The notes below the pieces were generated by a model that was given only the letters and a program-made list of their open reading frames with translations, did no database searches and had not been told where the DNA came from. This document shows, in pieces, positions 20,671-28,848 of a DNA stretch of 64,000 bases. Position 1 is the first letter of the stretch. The number at the start of each line of letters is the position of its first letter. Made by a program: the position numbers and the translations under genes. The stretch comes from Candidatus Bathyarchaeia archaeon. Lineage in GTDB: Archaea; Thermoproteota; Bathyarchaeia; 40CM-2-53-6. Location of the stretch: positions 1,280,001 to 1,344,000 of the forward strand of contig JBEKFP010000001.1 in assembly GCA_050013255.1 (NCBI GenBank). The letters run 5' to 3'.

Positions 20671-20958
20671 TTAGCGCTTCTTCATCTTTTTAGGGCGCTT
20701 GGCTTTCTTGCGAAGCTTGTCCATCAGGACGCCTACATGATTGGGCGATATCCCTAGGATTCGGGCTATCTCTACATTGCGCAGAAGTGGTTCTTGTTGC
20801 TGGTCGTCCTCAGTGCCCGCAGAGCTTAGAAGTTCAACTCGCTGCAACAGAGTCAGTTTCCTGTCGTCGCTTGTGGGCAAAGAAAGAATCACACTTAGAA
20901 GGATATCTAGTCTCTTTACGACGTCTTCGAAATCAAATGACGCTTTCTTTGTAGCCAT
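20671..20958 (-). CDS. Small helix+HTH protein (array class B)
   Basis: VVKRLDILLSVIL...EIARILGISPNHV. Confidence 0.75.
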   Translation of the reverse strand: MATKKASFDFEDVVKRLDILLSVILSLPTSDDRKLTLLQRVELLSSAGTEDDQQQEPLLRNVEIARILGISPNHVGVLMDKLRKKAKRPKKMKKR

Positions 20959-21042
20959 TGCAAACCCTTTTGAAATTAAATACACCAAGATGCTTTTAGG
21001 TTCTTGTATGTTTGTGCCAACAATTAGAAAGGAGGTGCTCAT

Positions 21043-21201
21043 ACGAAATCGAGCGAACTGAGGCAACTGACGACCGAATTGCGAGACGTGAAGAAACTAC
21101 TTGTCCTGATTGCCGTCAAGAACAAAGCCAGTCAAACGGAAGTCGGCAAACTTCTAGGGATTACAGATCGGCAAGTACGCAATCTGCTGGTCGGAAAATG
21201 A
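21043..21201 (+). CDS. Small helix+HTH protein (array class A; not in ORF track, start codon uncertain)
   Basis: Hand translation ELRDVKKLLVLIAVKNKASQTEVGKLLGITDRQVRNLLVGK*; GGAGGTG followed by ACG. Confidence 0.65.
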   Translation, partial: TKSSELRQLTTELRDVKKLLVLIAVKNKASQTEVGKLLGITDRQVRNLLVGK

Positions 21202-21252
21202 CTTAGTCTTAATAGCAACACGAAGTCATCTTACTCCATTCAGTGAGGTGCT

Positions 21253-21351
21253 ATCCTGATTGCCTCTAAATCGGGTGCAACACAACCCGAAATTGGAAGG
21301 GCACTTGGTGTTAGTGACCATCAGGTTAGAAGAATCCTAGAGGGAGAATAG
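21253..21351 (+). pseudogene. N-terminally truncated class A HTH paralog
   Basis: ILIASKSGATQPEIGRALGVSDHQVRRILEGE* aligns with 21043-21201; in-frame TGA just upstream. Confidence 0.6.
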
Positions 21352-21389
21352 GTGACGGGAATCGTCAGCGAGGAATCAAGGGTGAAAAA

Positions 21390-21758
21390 GTGACAGGCCC
21401 ACTAGAGAAGGATGTAAGGGAGATAAGATGGCGAGTCGAGGGAGTTGAGAAATCAGTAGACCTTCTCGTTAGAGCCAATCGGCCAGAAATCATCGCAGAC
21501 CTGATGAAATTCTTCGGATGGTCAAAAGAAAGGGTGAAGGTGTTTTTGGCGGTGGATGGTGTGAAAACGGTAGAGGCAATCAAGAATGCCCTGAAAATGA
21601 AAAAGTCGCACGTCTCAGCTAGAATAACCGAACTCAAAGATGAGGGGCTGATCGAGCTGAAGAGGATCACACCAGAAGGCTACTACATATACACAAAGAC
21701 AGAGAAGGTCAAAATCCTAAACCTTGAACGCAAGCTCAGAAAGCAATTCCACCTCTAA
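21390..21758 (+). CDS. Winged-HTH protein (array class C)
   Basis: KVFLAVDGVKTVEAI...HVSARITELKDEGLI. Confidence 0.8.
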   Translation: MTGPLEKDVREIRWRVEGVEKSVDLLVRANRPEIIADLMKFFGWSKERVKVFLAVDGVKTVEAIKNALKMKKSHVSARITELKDEGLIELKRITPEGYYIYTKTEKVKILNLERKLRKQFHL

Positions 21759-21769
21759 CGGCACAAACA

Positions 21770-22525
21770 ATGTCTAGACTCTCAAACTCCGAAGCACGGG
21801 CTCAACTCCAATCTGATATTCTAAACATCTTTCACAGTAATGATTGGAAAGACACGGACGATTTCTCAGTCAAGCTAACAGCCAAGATCATGTCTGAAAA
21901 GGCTACTTCAAAACACGATATCAGAAGGTCGATTGATTCCATCCGAACTACATTCTTTCGAGCCAATGCAATCTCAAAGGAGAAAGTGTTGCGAACGCTC
22001 TTCGAGACTTTGAGCGAGAGTCTTCCATCCTACGTCTACAATGCGTCTGACAGACTCATGGTGAGCGACCTCTTCCCCGAGATCAGGAAAATATCGGATG
22101 AGGTAGCTGAGGGACGCCTAAGCAGCTTCCAGAAGGACGAAAGAACCCTTCAGGACAATCTGCGCCACGTCTTTAGGAGTAAACATGCGAGTATCCCTAG
22201 GAGAACCCATGATTCTTCTAAAGAGGTCGCAGACCTTGAGAAATTCGTTCTGAACCTCAACGGGAGGAACCTAAGTTTCGCCGTCGTTGTGAAGGGATAC
22301 AAGAGCATCAAGAAGCCAAAGCTGACTTGGGAGGATCTTGCTCATCAGATTACTAAGGCAAGGCGAGCCAATCCAGACCACATTCTTGTCATGAGCGCCA
22401 AGGAGCCTGTTGATGAACTCATCACGAGCATTGAGGAATATAACGAGGACATTTCTCGTCCAGGTTGCGTGATCTTCATTCCACCTCTCGACATGACTCG
22501 TATCTTTGTTGCGAATGGGTTTTGA
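21770..22525 (+). CDS. PD-(D/E)xK restriction-endonuclease-like protein
   Basis: E..LQ...EVADL...AVVVKG...HQI pattern in the C-terminal half. Confidence 0.6.
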   Translation: MSRLSNSEARAQLQSDILNIFHSNDWKDTDDFSVKLTAKIMSEKATSKHDIRRSIDSIRTTFFRANAISKEKVLRTLFETLSESLPSYVYNASDRLMVSDLFPEIRKISDEVAEGRLSSFQKDERTLQDNLRHVFRSKHASIPRRTHDSSKEVADLEKFVLNLNGRNLSFAVVVKGYKSIKKPKLTWEDLAHQITKARRANPDHILVMSAKEPVDELITSIEEYNEDISRPGCVIFIPPLDMTRIFVANGF

Positions 22526-22671
22526 GCGGGGTGCGGCTAAGCGTCTACGATTAGAGCCTAGTGTTAGTGTGTGAGATTGGGGCTCAGCACGGTTCGCTTC
22601 TGCTAACGCCATGTATTGTTATATACACAGTTCAGTCTTATGACATCAGAGACGTCGGAGGTGTGAAAGTC

Positions 22672-22854
22672 ATGCCAGATAAGGAATCAGAAGAACTACA
22701 GAGTATTCGAAATCTGTTGATGTTATTGCTATTCAAGATGGGGGCAACTGACGACGAGGTCGCTATTGCTCTGAATGTGACGCAGGGGCGTGTGAGCCAA
22801 ATGATGCCAGCGAGGGGAATAAAGCCCGCGCACGTTGAATGCACCACGAAATAA
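22672..22854 (+). CDS. Small helix+HTH protein (array class A)
   Basis: ELQSIRNLLMLLLFKMGATDDEVAIALNVTQGRVSQM; GGAGGTG Shine-Dalgarno. Confidence 0.75.
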   Translation: MPDKESEELQSIRNLLMLLLFKMGATDDEVAIALNVTQGRVSQMMPARGIKPAHVECTTK

Positions 22855-23037
22855 CCGAACGACACGCTGTTCTGAAAAAGAGAGTTATTGCGAAGATCTC
22901 CGACATGGAGCTTTTGCGTCTGCGGGACAACCCTCCGAAGCCTCGCCCCTGTTGCTCAATGGGTAGTGGAATCGTCTACACAATATTGCTTGAGAGAAAC
23001 ACGGCTGGGCAACCAGGTTAGAGAGGGGGAAAGGTCA

Positions 23038-23328
23038 ATTTCTAACAGTGAACGAAATCATATTCAGAGGCTAGATGCTATCATTCAAAGATTGGATGTT
23101 TTGATTAGCCTGTCGATTCCGCCCCCGCAACCAACAGTCAAGCTTGGCAAGGTCGAACAAGCAGTGTACAGCCTGTGCGACATGCAACATGCTAGGAGAG
23201 ACATGGCCATGACCTTGAACAAAACTGTAAACCTCATAGATGTGACGCTCAATAGCTTAAGGAGAAAGGGCTTGGTCAAGCCGGTTGAAATTGGAGACCG
23301 GACATGCTACGTCCGCTTGAAAGGATAA
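23038..23328 (+). CDS. Winged-HTH protein (array class C); start uncertain
   Basis: IQRLDVLISL...AVYSLCD...TLNSLRRKGLV. Confidence 0.7.
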   Translation: MSNSERNHIQRLDAIIQRLDVLISLSIPPPQPTVKLGKVEQAVYSLCDMQHARRDMAMTLNKTVNLIDVTLNSLRRKGLVKPVEIGDRTCYVRLKG

Positions 23329-23352
23329 AATCGTGGAAGCTAGGTACAACAA

Positions 23353-23826
23353 TTGACTGATGGTCTGGTCGATATCGCAAAGATGGTGGGGACGATCTCG
23401 GTCGCAATTATGTCAATTTCAGTAGTCACCTATGCCCTTGCTGTTCCCAGATTGCAGACTGCACTCTCACTCAGCCTAAAGACGATTCAAGGGAGCAAAG
23501 CAGAGCTTGAAAAGAGAATACAGGAAGAGAGCCTTGCTCTCACAGAAATTGAGGGTCAGCTGAAGAACATCGCGGACGAACAGAAAGAAATGAATAAAGT
23601 CGTCACAAGGCTCAGCTGGAGCAGGGTTGTGTTCGTGCCAGTGATTATGGCTTTTCTCGCAATCGGGGTTACTGCCATATTGTTGGAATATCCTGACCTG
23701 TACCCATTACCACTTCTTCTTGTGTCGATAGCCCTTGTGCTGGGGACTTTTACACATTTACTGGGCAGCCTTCGGCTGATAGAACAGACAACGGTTAGAC
23801 CTGAAATAAGCGTTGGAGGAGGTTGA
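23353..23826 (+). CDS. 3-TM membrane protein with coiled coil
   Basis: TM - coiled coil - 2 TM layout. Confidence 0.7.
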   Translation: MTDGLVDIAKMVGTISVAIMSISVVTYALAVPRLQTALSLSLKTIQGSKAELEKRIQEESLALTEIEGQLKNIADEQKEMNKVVTRLSWSRVVFVPVIMAFLAIGVTAILLEYPDLYPLPLLLVSIALVLGTFTHLLGSLRLIEQTTVRPEISVGGG

Positions 23827-23830
23827 AGTC

Positions 23831-24118
23831 ATGAGCGAAAGCCAGAAGGAACTTAGGGAAATCTCAACCAAGCTGGACATGATACTTGCACTAATGAGAG
23901 TTGCATTTCGTGACGCTATAGAAGCCGCAAAAGAAAAATCATTTGCTCGTTCTGACATAAAGAAGTCAATCTACGAACTGTGCGACGGCAAGAACACCGT
24001 TGATGACATGGCTAAGGAATTGAAGGTATCGTCAGCCTACGTGCGAGTCTATTTGGGAACGCTTGAAGAGGCGGGACTCGTCGTTAAAAAGGGGAGCATC
24101 TACGAGAAAGTTGTATAA
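23831..24118 (+). CDS. Winged-HTH protein (array class C)
   Basis: ISTKLDMILAL...IYELCDGKNTVDDMAKEL...LEEAGLV. Confidence 0.82.
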   Translation: MSESQKELREISTKLDMILALMRVAFRDAIEAAKEKSFARSDIKKSIYELCDGKNTVDDMAKELKVSSAYVRVYLGTLEEAGLVVKKGSIYEKVV

Positions 24119-24186
24119 CCACTAGACCGTATGATCTTGTAATGTCTGATCAGCGGCAAACTGCGTTTCTATTATAAGGTGATTAA

Positions 24187-24405
24187 ATGTCGAATAATGA
24201 ACAAATCAACGAAAGCGAGATCGTAAAGAGACTTGATGCAATCATAGCATTGCTCGCACAAACCGGAGACAGAAAAATCGGTGAGAATATGGTAGTGCTC
24301 CGGAATGCTGGACTTAGACCGACCGAGATTAGTAAGATATTGGGCAAATCACTAAGTCACGTCACGAAAGAACTTGCACTCGCAAAGAAGATTGAAAAAA
24401 AGTGA
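24187..24405 (+). CDS. Small helix+HTH protein (array class B)
   Basis: IVKRLDAIIALL...GLRPTEISKILG. Confidence 0.8.
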   Translation: MSNNEQINESEIVKRLDAIIALLAQTGDRKIGENMVVLRNAGLRPTEISKILGKSLSHVTKELALAKKIEKK

Positions 24406-24459
24406 AACCGAAACGTCGAGATGTAGCTTCTGCACCAGGTTCTCTACGTCGGTGAAAGT

Positions 24460-24690
24460 ATGGACGCCAGACAATTTGCGGAACTCTCGAAGAAAATGGA
24501 CATTGTAATCAAGCTTCTGGCGTCGAACGTAGTTCAAGGCAAAAACCTCACACAACAAGCGGCAATGCTTTCCGCAATCGGCTTAGAGATAAAAGATATC
24601 GCTCTGATATTAGACAAAGATTCACATCTGATCAGTCAAACATTGTACCGGGTGAACAAGTCGAAAAGCGGTAAGGAGGAGACGAAGTGA
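24460..24690 (+). CDS. Small helix+HTH protein (array class B)
   Basis: LSKKMDIVIKLL...GLEIKDIALILD. Confidence 0.8.
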   Translation: MDARQFAELSKKMDIVIKLLASNVVQGKNLTQQAAMLSAIGLEIKDIALILDKDSHLISQTLYRVNKSKSGKEETK

Positions 24691-24953
24691 GCGATCAGGA
24701 GACGAAGCTCGATAGATTGATTGAACTAGTTGAGGCGCTTCTTCGCACGAGGATTTCTGAACTGCTTGATAAGGAACTTGATGACCCGAAGAAGAGGAAG
24801 TTGTATGAACTCACAGGCAAGAAGAGCGTACGCGAACTCAGCGATTTAACTGAACTATCAACAGGTGCAATATCAAAAATCTGGCAAGGATGGCATTCTA
24901 AAGGTATTCTGAGGAAGCAAGGTATGTACTACGTCAAATTACTTGAAGAGTAG
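24687..24953 (+). CDS. Winged-HTH protein (array class C)
   Basis: KLDRLIEL...LYELTGKKSVRELS...WHSKGIL; GTGA overlap with the previous gene. Confidence 0.8.
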   Translation: MSDQETKLDRLIELVEALLRTRISELLDKELDDPKKRKLYELTGKKSVRELSDLTELSTGAISKIWQGWHSKGILRKQGMYYVKLLEE

Positions 24954-24960
24954 ACTAAGG

Positions 24961-25134
24961 ATGGCTGAAAGGGAATTGAAGGAATTGCAAGCCATCAAGA
25001 AACTTTTGGTGTTGCAACTATTGAATGAGGACATCAAGGCTGATGCCATTGCCGATCTCTTGGGAATGGATCGTGCCGATTTTAGTCGAATGTTTCCGGT
25101 CAGGAAATTGTTGAAACGAACGCAGCGCGAGTAG
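24961..25134 (+). CDS. Small helix+HTH protein (array class A)
   Basis: ELQAIKKLLVLQLL...AIADLLGMDRADFSRM. Confidence 0.75.
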   Translation: MAERELKELQAIKKLLVLQLLNEDIKADAIADLLGMDRADFSRMFPVRKLLKRTQRE

Positions 25135-25135
25135 C

Positions 25136-25933
25136 ATGGTTGATCTTCAAGAACTGATAATCCGAGGCAGAATTATGTTTGATGGTGCAAACAGACGGCT
25201 CGAAGTTTTCGAATTAGTAAATGGGCGATCAACAAAAGAGATAGTTAGAAAATCTGGTAGAAGTTTATCTGCGATTGATCAAGACATAGAAAAACTCAGG
25301 GATATGGAACTAATCCAAGAAAAGAAGGATGGTAAGGGAAATGTCATCAAGAAAGACGGAAGCATAGTGTACGAAAAGTCGCCATTGATTAGGCATATAC
25401 CCATTTCGTATTTCAGAGATGTGGCCGATACCAGCAAGCTCGTCAAAAAGACGAAGAAGGGGCGAACGAGGATTTCCAAACCTGCAAATATCCACGTGCC
25501 GTCGGAGAACGAAATTCTTGACATCTGCAAGGAAGGAGAAGACCAATTGTATGAATTCAAAGCCCCCGGTGTGAGCACGGATAAGATAACGAAGGAAATC
25601 GCTGGATTCTTACATACAAAAGGTGGAGGTATACTCCTCTATGGAGTTGAGGACGACGGGAGTATTATCGGAGCCGATATGAGGAGACAAGACTTCGACC
25701 AGAAAATACAGAATTCGGTCAGGAACACGATTTCCCCACCACCATCGATAGAAATCAAAGAGCGGGCAGTAATGGGTTCCGCTGTGCTGCTGGTAGTTGT
25801 TCCTCCTTGGGATAGAAAGGCAATTTATCAAAATACTCTAGATGGAAGGTACTACATACGACGTGGCACGAATATTTTTGCGCTAAAACCTGATGAAATA
25901 AAGAAGCTTTCTCAAGGAATTTTCGTTGTTTGA
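25136..25933 (+). CDS. wHTH fused to AlbA_2 (Schlafen-like) domain
   Basis: GEDQLYEFK, IAGFLHTKGGGILLYGVEDDG, YYIRRG. Confidence 0.88.
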   Translation: MVDLQELIIRGRIMFDGANRRLEVFELVNGRSTKEIVRKSGRSLSAIDQDIEKLRDMELIQEKKDGKGNVIKKDGSIVYEKSPLIRHIPISYFRDVADTSKLVKKTKKGRTRISKPANIHVPSENEILDICKEGEDQLYEFKAPGVSTDKITKEIAGFLHTKGGGILLYGVEDDGSIIGADMRRQDFDQKIQNSVRNTISPPPSIEIKERAVMGSAVLLVVVPPWDRKAIYQNTLDGRYYIRRGTNIFALKPDEIKKLSQGIFVV

Positions 25934-26010
25934 TTTGGATGGAACCGATATGAACCATGTTGGTTAGGCAGGCTAGGCAAAAGCGAGTATCGGATCGATA
26001 ATTACTCATA

Positions 26011-26568
26011 GTGAGGAAGTTGTTGGAGGCAAGTCGGAGAAAAGGGCAATGCTTCTTCTGTGGAGAGAAGGCTACGCAAGCCATTGACCTTCATCACAGA
26101 ATCCCTCAGAGCATAACGAGAAGAATCCCGAAACTCGTTCGAACCGAAGTGCTCGACGAGATCTTCGGAAAGAACTCGCAGAGACTCTATTCGCTGTGCG
26201 GAAGTTGCCATAAGAAACTTCACTCTGTCTTGAGACCGTTTGAGAAAAGCATCCTGCTATTTTCTGACATAACTAATCCGGAAAAGGAAGTGGTCTATCA
26301 GAAAATGAAGGACAGAGCTCTCATGATCATCAGCGCAGACGGAAGAAAGGAAGATACGGCTAATGTTGAACGAGTGGTTGCGAAACTTGAGAAAAAAGGG
26401 CTCGATAGAGAAGAATCTATCCGATTGCTGAAGGATCTTAGGAATGACGGGCCCATCTACTTTGTGCTGGTTGACGAGCCGAGTGCAGGGCATGATCTGA
26501 GTTTCATAAACAAGATCACATACGACTATGAGAGTGTCATGAAGGCTAGAAAGAGGCTCAGAGCGTAA
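26011..26568 (+). CDS. HNH endonuclease-like protein with C-terminal wHTH
   Basis: CFFC...LHHRIP...LCGSCHKKLH. Confidence 0.75.
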   Translation: MRKLLEASRRKGQCFFCGEKATQAIDLHHRIPQSITRRIPKLVRTEVLDEIFGKNSQRLYSLCGSCHKKLHSVLRPFEKSILLFSDITNPEKEVVYQKMKDRALMIISADGRKEDTANVERVVAKLEKKGLDREESIRLLKDLRNDGPIYFVLVDEPSAGHDLSFINKITYDYESVMKARKRLRA

Positions 26569-26696
26569 ATGGGCGCAGATGAATAAGTATCCTACTGCTA
26601 ATTCGAATCTCTATTATTAAGTAGAAATCTGTTCCTACGTGAGTAGAACGAGTTCGAGTGACACAACGGTCAGAATGCTGATTAGTCCCACGACTT

Positions 26697-26724
26697 GTGG
26701 GTTCAAATCCCACCGGCGCCACCA
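26697..26724 (+). pseudogene. tRNA 3' fragment (T-arm, acceptor strand, CCA); putative att site
   Basis: GTGGG-TTCAAAT-CCCAC-CGGCGCC-A-CCA; no complementary GGCGCCG 5' strand upstream. Confidence 0.8.
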
Positions 26725-26892
26725 CGTCGAGTTGTGCAGGCCGGGGGGAGGCGGGTTTTGGTTGCGCGCGGAACCTGATGCGTTGAGGCCGAGAAATTGC
26801 GACTCGAACCCTCAATATCAAAGGTTCGTATTCATCAGGGTCCACCTGCAGTAGGTTCGACCGTTACACATAGTTGCAGTGCTTTTCGCTTT

Positions 26893-27639
26893 CTATTTCA
26901 GCCGTTTGAAACTCCATGTCCCGATTCCGATCATCACGGCCGCGAACCCGGTTAGGATTAGGAGGTTGAGTGCGATGGGAAGTTGGGAGGAGCCTAGGAT
27001 TAGGCCGCGTAGTCCGTCGACGGCGTAGGTGACTGGGTCGAGGATTGTGAAGATTAGTAGGTATTGTGGCAGGTTCTTGAGTGGGAACAGCGCGCCGCTG
27101 AAGAAGAACATTGGAAAGACCAGAAAGCTCACAATCAATTGGAAACCTTCCACGCTCTCCATATTCGACCCTATGATTAACCCTAGGCTTACGAGCGCCG
27201 ACGCGAGAACAAACATGAACACAAACGAGAAGAGCACGGAGAGAATCGTGTAATTTATCCCTAGAACCAATCCGAACACAAGCATCGCACAACCCTGAAG
27301 CAGCGCATCAATGCTTCCACCAACCATCTTGCCCGCGAAAATCGTTGTACGCGAAAGTGGGGCGACGAGCACTTCCTTGAAGAAGTCGATTTTCCTATCC
27401 CACACAATGTACAGGCCGAAGAAGACGGAGGAGAACAGAATCGACATGGCAAGGATTCCTGGAAAGATGAAGACTTGGTAGTTGACGCCACCCAACGAAA
27501 CCGCGGACCCCAAACCACCCCCAAAGACTACAATCCATAGCAGGGGAGTGATGAGGGACGATACGATGCGCGACTTTTCCCGCGAAAACACCTTCATCTC
27601 CCGGTACCAAAGCGCGTAGAACCCTTCAAGCTCACCCAT
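26893..27639 (-). CDS. ABC-2 type exporter permease (DrrB-like)
   Basis: EVLVAP, FFSGALFP, PVTYAVD; 6 TM helices. Confidence 0.92.
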   Translation of the reverse strand: MGELEGFYALWYREMKVFSREKSRIVSSLITPLLWIVVFGGGLGSAVSLGGVNYQVFIFPGILAMSILFSSVFFGLYIVWDRKIDFFKEVLVAPLSRTTIFAGKMVGGSIDALLQGCAMLVFGLVLGINYTILSVLFSFVFMFVLASALVSLGLIIGSNMESVEGFQLIVSFLVFPMFFFSGALFPLKNLPQYLLIFTILDPVTYAVDGLRGLILGSSQLPIALNLLILTGFAAVMIGIGTWSFKRLK

Positions 27640-28610
27640 CAGCGCCCACTCCTCACCCGTGCAATTCGCTCGAAGACGCCGCCTTCACCCGACTCCTCCC
27701 TAATCTCACGCCCAGTATAGTGGAGGAAGACGTCGTTCAGGGTGGCCGTGCGAACCTCCACAGAATCCACCGCACCAACCATCCCGAGAATTTCCTGCAA
27801 ATGCACACTAGCATCCTTAACCGTCAATCGCAGCGTACTCCCCGACTGGTCTATGCTGAGTACATAATCCAAACCTTTCAGGCGTTCAATGTTTGGCGAG
27901 CGGACGCGGAGCTTGATGATTTCCCCGCCCACCTTCGACTTCAACGCCCCCGGGCTATCCAAAGCGGAAACCTTGCCGTGGTCGATTATGGCTACGCGGT
28001 TACAGAGCCTATCCGCTTCGTCCATGTAATGCGTCGTAATTATCACGCTAACCCTCTCGGATTTCACGAGGTTCTCAATGTACGCCCAAATGTGCTCCCG
28101 AGTCTGCGGGTCCAATCCCAACGTGGGTTCGTCGAGAAAGAGGATCCTAGGGTTATGCAATAACCCCCGCGCCAACTCCAGCCTCCTGCGCATTCCGCCG
28201 GAATACTTCTTCACGACATCGTTCGCGCGGTCCTGTAGGTCCACTAGGTTGAGGACGTAGTCTATGCGCTTCCGCCGCTCGTCCTTCGGGACGCCGAACA
28301 TAAGCGCATGCAGGTACAAGTTCTCCCGGCCGGTCAAGACGTCGTCGCTGCTGGGGTCCTGGAATACGATACCAATCGAACGCCGCACATCAGCCGGGTG
28401 GGATAGAATATCGTACCCGTTCACGCGTCCTGTCCCCGAGGTTGGCTTCAGAAGCGTGGCGAGCATAGAAAGCGTCGTAGTCTTCCCCGCCCCATTAGGG
28501 CCGACGAGCCCAAAGATTTCACCCTCCTCAATGCTCAGGTTCAACGAATCAACAGCCAGCAAATCCCCATACCGCTTCGTCAACCCTTCAGTTTCTACGG
28601 CGTGAACCAT
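27639..28610 (-). CDS. ABC exporter ATP-binding subunit (DrrA-like)
   Basis: GPNGAGKT, YSGGM, LDEPT, TTHYM. Confidence 0.95.
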   Translation of the reverse strand: MVHAVETEGLTKRYGDLLAVDSLNLSIEEGEIFGLVGPNGAGKTTTLSMLATLLKPTSGTGRVNGYDILSHPADVRRSIGIVFQDPSSDDVLTGRENLYLHALMFGVPKDERRKRIDYVLNLVDLQDRANDVVKKYSGGMRRRLELARGLLHNPRILFLDEPTLGLDPQTREHIWAYIENLVKSERVSVIITTHYMDEADRLCNRVAIIDHGKVSALDSPGALKSKVGGEIIKLRVRSPNIERLKGLDYVLSIDQSGSTLRLTVKDASVHLQEILGMVGAVDSVEVRTATLNDVFLHYTGREIREESGEGGVFERIARVRSGR

Positions 28611-28632
28611 TGAGCATCATTCCGCTACGCAA

Positions 28633-28665
28633 CGGACTAGATTGCGTGCCTTAAATTGACTAGCT
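28633..28665. repeat. Copy 1 of 33-bp imperfect direct repeat (ABC exporter promoter region)
   Basis: 28/33 identical to 31632-31664; contains TTTAAG on the minus strand. Confidence 0.8.
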
Positions 28666-28681
28666 GGGGTGCCTCGTGATG

Positions 28682-28789
28682 TCATACTTGCAGATTTGCG
28701 ATCGCCGAGGGGGAAACCATCAGTATCACTGAGATGATCGCCAAGAATCCGATTACGAAGACGAAAACCCCGAGGAAGATGAGTTGCAT
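28682..28789 (-). CDS. 35-aa single-TM peptide (not in ORF track)
   Basis: Hand translation MQLIFLGVFVFVIGFLAIISVILMVSPSAIANLQV*. Confidence 0.45.
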   Translation of the reverse strand: MQLIFLGVFVFVIGFLAIISVILMVSPSAIANLQV

Positions 28790-28848
28790 TCTGTCGTGTG
28801 GTGTGAGTCACTTGGTAGCGCCGAAAACCCTGGTGGGGTTCTTAGTAG

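Noticed and set aside
16460-26724. Complete provirus
   Set aside because: No portal, capsid, tail, integrase or replication genes were recognisable
26641-26724. Intact tRNA gene
   Set aside because: No 5' acceptor strand complementary to CGGCGCC and no proper anticodon arm; isotype cannot be assigned
26726-26870. SRP RNA or RNase P RNA
   Set aside because: Too short, and I could not find the SRP helix 8 motif or RNase P conserved regions
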